A stretch of 21,919 bases of DNA from contig JBHIAC010000042.1 of the NCBI GenBank assembly GCA_046758365.1, positions 1 through 21,919 of the forward strand, in the 5' to 3' direction. This document shows positions 17,793 to 21,919 of this stretch, in pieces. The notes beneath the pieces are model-generated. The model saw only the letters and a list, made by a program, of their open reading frames with translations. It was not told the DNA's origin and searched no databases. A program made the translations under genes and the position numbers. Position 1 is the first letter of the stretch, and each line of letters begins with the position of its first letter. Source of the DNA: a bacterium (GTDB lineage Bacteria; Zhuqueibacterota; Zhuqueibacteria; Oceanimicrobiales; Oceanimicrobiaceae).

Positions 17793-18442
17793 ATTCTATA
17801 ATCATATTTGTAAAGTACCCAACCCCTGGTAAAGTCAAAACGCGTCTTGGTGCCGAGATCGGCTATCAAGCGGCGGCAGAATTGTATCATCTGTTTATGG
17901 CTCTAACGTTCCAATTAGTCCAAAAAGCTTTTAGTGGAAACATTTTTGTTGCTTGTGAACCGCAGGAACGACTCGAGGATATCAAATTCCTTCTACCTGA
18001 GAAATTTCACTGTTTTCCGCAAGAAGGTCGAGATTTGGGACAACGGATCCTTCATTCGATTCAATATGTGGTGAACTGCGGAGCTAATAAAATTGTCATT
18101 ATTGGAAGCGATAGTCCCACATTTCCTTCCCACTTTATTGGCGACGCTTTTAATCGTTTAGATACCCGCGATTTGGTTCTGGGACCTGCTCAAGACGGTG
18201 GCTATTATTTAATCGGACTAAAAAGGGCACACCGAGAGTTGTTTGAAACTATACCCTGGAGTTCATCTGAGGTTTTGCAAACCACTACCAATCGTGCTCT
18301 TGAAGCCGGGCTAACTTTCAGCCTTTTGCCTGAATGGTATGATGTGGATGGTCTTAATAACCTCAAGCGTGCCGCAAACGATGATATTAGTGGAAAAATT
18401 AAAGCTTATTTGCAAAAATACACCAAAACTCTCACGCCTTAA
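17789..18442 (+). CDS. TIGR04282/DUF2064 family CofC-like transferase
   Basis: K.P.PGKVKTRL, Q.G.DLG.R, IGSDSP, LGPA.DGGYYLIG, IPWSS and DVD. The GTG at 17789 overlaps the kinase TGA. Confidence 0.88.
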   Translation: MNSIIIFVKYPTPGKVKTRLGAEIGYQAAAELYHLFMALTFQLVQKAFSGNIFVACEPQERLEDIKFLLPEKFHCFPQEGRDLGQRILHSIQYVVNCGANKIVIIGSDSPTFPSHFIGDAFNRLDTRDLVLGPAQDGGYYLIGLKRAHRELFETIPWSSSEVLQTTTNRALEAGLTFSLLPEWYDVDGLNNLKRAANDDISGKIKAYLQKYTKTLTP

Positions 18443-18445
18443 TTA

Positions 18446-19129
18446 ATGATCTTAGCTGCTGAATATCCGAATTACCTGCCTTTAGTAAGCTTCTTTTATA
18501 AAATGGCTCAAGCAGAGATATTTGTTTTGGTAGATGATTTTCAATTTACCAAGCATAATTACATTAACCGTACTAAAATAAAAACAGCCCGGGGAGTTCA
18601 GTGGTTAACGGTGCCGGTACTTACAAAAGGACGAAAGGGACAATTGATTCAGCAGGTTCAAATCAATGTCTTTCAGGACTGGAGAAGAAAACATTGGAAA
18701 ACCCTGATGGTAAATTACACTTATGCCGCTTATTTTGATAAATATTCTGATTTTTTTGAAAGCGTATTTAATAAATCTTGGAGCTATTTGTTGGATTTAA
18801 ATTTAAAAATTATAGAGTATATAAAGAACGAACTTCATGTACCAGCAAAAATTTATTTAGGTTCGGAATTAAACATAAAGGGGAAGGGGAACCAGAGGTT
18901 AATAAACCTGTTAGAGAAATTGAACTGCAGAACGTATCTTTCCTTTTTGGATGGCAAAAGGTATCTCGATACACAAATTTTCGAGAAAAATGGATTTGAA
19001 GTAGAATTTATTTCATCAAAACCAATACTATACCATCAGCAATTCGGTAATTTTATCTCCAACCTTTCAATCGTTGATTTATTGTTTAATGAAGGTGAAA
19101 ATAGTACTAATTTAATTTTAGGTAAATGA
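18446..19129 (+). CDS. WbqC-family protein
   Basis: P.YLP...FFYK.....FV..D..QF.K....NR..I...WLTVPV, NY..A.YF, Y.Q..G.F..NLSIVDLLFN.G. Confidence 0.88.
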   Translation: MILAAEYPNYLPLVSFFYKMAQAEIFVLVDDFQFTKHNYINRTKIKTARGVQWLTVPVLTKGRKGQLIQQVQINVFQDWRRKHWKTLMVNYTYAAYFDKYSDFFESVFNKSWSYLLDLNLKIIEYIKNELHVPAKIYLGSELNIKGKGNQRLINLLEKLNCRTYLSFLDGKRYLDTQIFEKNGFEVEFISSKPILYHQQFGNFISNLSIVDLLFNEGENSTNLILGK

Positions 19130-19135
19130 TTTAAG

Positions 19136-19843
19136 ATGAAAAGCGTGGTCATAATCCCGGCCCTGAACGAAGAAAAATCCATTGAATTCGTGTTGCGAGA
19201 TATTCCCAGAGAATTTGATTCTGAAGTGATTGTGGTCGACAACAATTCTTCGGACAATACATCAGTTTGTGCAAAAAGGGGTGGGGCTATGGTTTTGCGA
19301 GAAACTAAGCGAGGCTATGGTAATGCCTGCCTGAAAGGAATTGATTATGCCAAAAGTTTGAATCCCGAAGTCATTGTCTTTTTAGATGCGGACTACAGCG
19401 ATCACCCGGATGAATTGCCAAAGCTTTTACAGAAAATGGATGAGGGCTACGACCTGGTTATTGGTTCCCGCACTCTGGGTAATGCAGAACCCGGCGCATT
19501 GCGTCCACAAGCAAGATGGGGAAATCGTTTGGCTGTATTTTTAATTAAGCTATTTTGGGGATATAAATATACGGACTTGGGCCCCTTCCGGGCGATCAAA
19601 TGGGACAAACTTTTAGAACTGAATATGAAGGATAAAAATTTTGGTTGGACCGTGGAAATGCAGATGAAAGCCGCTAAATTAGGTTTTAACGTGGCTGAAG
19701 TGCCAGTAAGCTACCGAAAAAGAATTGGTATTTCAAAAGTCACTGGCACGTTTACTGGAACAATTAAAGCGGGTTACAAAATATTGTTTACAATATTTAA
19801 GTACGCCTTCGTTGAGAGTTTGTTATCTGATGCTTCGAATTAG
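19136..19843 (+). CDS. Glycosyltransferase family 2 (polyprenol-phosphate glycosyltransferase-like)
   Basis: IIPALNEE, VDNNSSD, GYG.AC..G, FLDAD, TDLGPFR, GWTVEMQ and SKVTGT. Confidence 0.9.
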   Translation: MKSVVIIPALNEEKSIEFVLRDIPREFDSEVIVVDNNSSDNTSVCAKRGGAMVLRETKRGYGNACLKGIDYAKSLNPEVIVFLDADYSDHPDELPKLLQKMDEGYDLVIGSRTLGNAEPGALRPQARWGNRLAVFLIKLFWGYKYTDLGPFRAIKWDKLLELNMKDKNFGWTVEMQMKAAKLGFNVAEVPVSYRKRIGISKVTGTFTGTIKAGYKILFTIFKYAFVESLLSDASN

Positions 19844-19934
19844 GCGAACATCACCGTTACCGTCTCTATTCTCTATAAGTAAAAGGGTCCCCGTAGGATG
19901 CCCGGGGAAGAAAAATCATGGCAGTAGAGTGTAC

Positions 19935-20459
19935 CTACATGCCCCATAGATTACTGGTATTGACCGATTTCCCTTGAAGTTTCAGGTAATAAAACAGTTG
20001 ACCTTTGTGCTGGTTGAGGTGGCCTATCATTTGGAGTAGGCGATGTCCAAGGACCATTTGGGTTGAATCCCAGGGGGCTGTAGCGATCTCATTGGCAAGT
20101 TTGTCCTCATCACATTTTTCCAGAATATCGAGTGCCACTTTCCTGTCCTCAGCCAAAAGCTTCTTCGCCTCTGCGATGCTTCCGATGGTTGGTAGCTTTT
20201 CTGCTGGTGGCAACATTTCCTCTGGCGACATATTACTGGGATCGAAATCTTCCGGCATCCCCCAATCACCAGTGACGAATCCCCTAATGGCAGTACCACA
20301 AGCGTTGGTTAAATGCATGAGAAGTTGGCCGGTTGTCATCCAATTGTTTCCCATAGAAGGTTTCCAATCGAGCTTTTCCTCATCAACAAGGTTCATCAAT
20401 CCCTCTGTCACTTTATAAGTATATTCTATCTCATTTTTTAGTAGTTCCATCCAATTCAT
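19935..20459 (-). CDS. DinB/DUF664-family protein
   Basis: LDWKP...T.GQLL.H and H..QHKGQL..YL metal-binding His pattern; AGGAG RBS. Confidence 0.85.
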   Translation of the reverse strand: MNWMELLKNEIEYTYKVTEGLMNLVDEEKLDWKPSMGNNWMTTGQLLMHLTNACGTAIRGFVTGDWGMPEDFDPSNMSPEEMLPPAEKLPTIGSIAEAKKLLAEDRKVALDILEKCDEDKLANEIATAPWDSTQMVLGHRLLQMIGHLNQHKGQLFYYLKLQGKSVNTSNLWGM

Positions 20460-20644
20460 CTTGACTCCTTTTCTTGGGAATTATTCATTAGTTTAAATAA
20501 ACTACGCCTATTATACCGCGAAGTTACCCGCACCCGTATTAAACATCTCTTTTTTTCCATAGCGTATGTTAGTTGTTCAGCATCTGACTTACCTTTTCGG
20601 CCAAACTCTTCCACATCAAATCCCCTTTTGCCAAAAATCGAATC

Positions 20645-20926
20645 TTAGGGCCGCTTCTTCGGATCTTGCCTATTTTCAAACACAGAATGTATTACTATTT
20701 CCTTATCTTCAATTGTATAGAATATAGAAAAAGGGAATCTCCAGATAACACATCTGCGGAAATTCGAATAACATAACTGGTACATTTTAGGAAAAGTGAG
20801 TATGCCTCTTACCACTATCTCGATACAGTCTAAGAATTCAAATCCAAGACCTCACCTCTGCTTTTCGTACCACTCGAATGCAAACTCTACGTCATTCCTA
20901 GCCCTCTGTGTCTAACGAAGCCTCAC
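20645..20926 (-). pseudogene. RelE/ParE-family toxin with two in-frame stops
   Basis: MRLR*TQRARNDVEFAFEWYEKQR*GLGFEFLDCIE...FPKMY...RRCVIWRFPFSIFY...VIHSVF..RQDP. TAG at 20912-20914, TGA at 20852-20854. GTG start overlaps the antitoxin TGA. Confidence 0.88.
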
Positions 20927-21150
20927 TTATGTTTTTTCCTTAGTTCTTCATGAACGTCTTTCCATTCATGAAGTGTTAGCTTCCCGCTTTTGTATTCTTT
21001 ATATCTTTTGTCCAGCTCAACTTTTTGCCATTCAGGTAAGGGTAATTCTGAATTGCTGCGAGCTATTGAATCCCAAATATCTTCAACGAGTATCAATTTT
21101 TCAGACAAATCCAATTTATCTATCTCTTTGATGAGTTCATTTGGCCTCAT
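20923..21150 (-). CDS. Putative addiction module antitoxin (TIGR02574-like)
   Basis: LS.EK..LVE.IWDSI...L.EWQ..ELD.R...W..V pattern; GAGGTG RBS; coupled to a RelE/ParE gene. Confidence 0.88.
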   Translation of the reverse strand: MRPNELIKEIDKLDLSEKLILVEDIWDSIARSNSELPLPEWQKVELDKRYKEYKSGKLTLHEWKDVHEELRKKHK

Positions 21151-21186
21151 ATCAGCACCTCATAACAAACAGTTCAAGTTTTCATA

Positions 21187-21216
21187 AATATAACAAAATT
21201 CAAACACAAAATTCAA
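21187..21216 (-). promoter_or_regulatory. TA promoter overlapping an 11-bp direct repeat (candidate operator)
   Basis: Minus strand TTGAAT-18 bp-(TGt)TATATT. ACAAAATTCAA occurs at 21193-21203 and 21206-21216. Confidence 0.55.
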
Positions 21217-21252
21217 CCAGAATGAGCGGTCCGTCACTACGCTTTTCTCTAT

Positions 21253-21381
21253 TTATAACGGCAGAATGAGCTGCGAAAGGGAAGGTTTGCACATAACTTT
21301 GGTCTTCAAAATTAACTATGAAAGAGCAAAATCTCAGCCAATAAGCAGTCGCCCTTTCGTCAGCTCAATTCAATGTTAGCA
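21253..21381 (-). other. attC: Integron attC site, 129 bp
   Basis: R'' TGCTAAC, 5 bp, L'' ATTGAGCT-GACGAAAGGG ... CCCTTTCGC-AGCTCAT (L'), 6 bp, R' GTTATAA. Two unpaired extra bases lie on the L'' arm. Confidence 0.88.
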
Positions 21382-21391
21382 ATTTTTATCT

Positions 21392-21649
21392 ACCACGAAG
21401 ATCACGAAGTCCACGAAGACTTTATAGTACAAATCGTTTAATGTCACCGTTTTTGAGGCGCTCGACATTTTATTAAACATATTTGAAGTTACATCGAAAT
21501 GGGCCTATTAAAATTTGTTTCCAGACAGCTCCAATTTTTGACTTACATTAAATCATCGAGTCCTCTACTGATATTCATCGGCACCCAACCTATCTCTCAC
21601 TTTGAACGCTGATCAAATTTCACTTCGTGCCCTTCGTGTACTTCGTGGT
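21392..21649. repeat. Triple 9-bp inverted repeat element enclosing a gene remnant
   Basis: ACCACGAAG-ATCACGAAG-TCCACGAAG (21392-21418) and CTTCGTGCC-CTTCGTGTA-CTTCGTGGT (21623-21649). Confidence 0.88.
21422..21623 (-). pseudogene. Decayed, internally deleted GxxExxY-family gene
   Basis: 5' end GTG-KFDQRSK*EIG resembles the MKFDELSNRVIGCAIEVH start. 3' end NVERLKNGDIKRFVL* (21422-21469) resembles the NFNV..LK.GIKRFVL end. The GxxExxY motif itself is missing; recognised from memory of the family. Confidence 0.6.
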
Positions 21650-21706
21650 TTAATTTTCCCTTCAGCCCATCCACTTATTCTTGATTATGAGCACTTTGCT
21701 TTATCC

Positions 21707-21835
21707 TGCTAACACGATCATCACCCGCAAAAGAGTTTAGAGGCACTTAGCTGGGAATTTGAAATGAACTTTGAGAGAGCACTGATCGTACTTAGGAATC
21801 CACAGCTCTTTTGTCGGGTGAATGAATTGTTATAC
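21707..21835 (-). other. attC: Integron attC site, 129 bp
   Basis: R'' GTATAAC, AATTC, L'' ATTCACCC-GACAAAAGAG ... CTCTTTTGC-GGGTGAT (L'), GATCGT, R' GTTAGCA. Confidence 0.9.
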
Positions 21836-21867
21836 TGTATATTAGTCAATTCTACTCATTTCATCCG

Positions 21868-21919
21868 CGCTAACAACGCGTGGAAGCGTGGATGGCTCCG
21901 CAGTGGGTCCAGGTCAGGA
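21868..21919. other. Possible further attC end, cut by the window edge
   Basis: CGCTAAC-AACGC-GTGGAAGC; the partner arm is not visible. Confidence 0.4.

Noticed and set aside
3130..19257. Short alternative-frame or antisense ORFs (3130, 4983, 5219, 8630, 8701, 9995, 11377, 11387, 11981, 12347, 12874, 14677, 16973, 18778, 19036)
   Set aside because: They overlap well-supported genes or promoters and have no motifs.
17789..19843. Arsenosugar biosynthesis cluster
   Set aside because: TIGR04282 carries that label, but no arsM, radical SAM arsS or other ars genes are in the window.
20645..20926. Stop-codon recoding (Sec/Pyl or alternative code) in the toxin
   Set aside because: Two different stop types occur, both one substitution from sense codons, and TAG and TGA terminate normal genes throughout the window.
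19725..21187. ORFs 19725-19949, 20005-20418, 20027-20299 and 20990-21187
   Set aside because: Shadows of the GT2, DinB and antitoxin genes.
21392..21649. CRISPR array
   Set aside because: Units are 9 bp, tandem without spacers and inverted between arms; no cas genes.

Overview
AT-rich bacterial window. Gene content (PorV/PorQ-family barrels, YPNPF/FlgD-Ig C-terminal domain, choice-of-anchor-X-like lipoprotein, ExbB-ExbD-ExbD-TonB) suggests an FCB-superphylum organism such as KSB1, Calditrichota or Ignavibacteria; this is inference. A ~17.8-kb all-plus-strand core (2071-19843) encodes a HAD phosphatase, a 4-repeat lipoprotein, an Asp-box propeller with a T9SS-like C-terminal domain, two PorV/PorQ-family proteins, a GH57 glucanotransferase, an S41 protease, a Ton motor, a lipoprotein, a SigR/SigH-like ECF with a membrane-anchored zinc anti-sigma and an exact GGAAT-N18-GTT promoter, a decayed outer-membrane gene, and a lipid kinase/DUF2064/WbqC/GT2 operon. 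Both flanks are integron-cassette-like on the minus strand. On the right are two complete 129-bp attC sites, a TA pair with a doubly nonsense-inactivated toxin, a DinB gene, and a cassette carrying only a decayed GxxExxY-like gene inside triple 9-bp inverted repeats. On the left are half of a same-family attC and a gene truncated by an intact IS630. An empty relative of the triple-inverted-repeat element sits at 4336-4440, and several other small palindromic elements fill intergenic spaces. No integrase, rRNA, tRNA or CRISPR array was seen.
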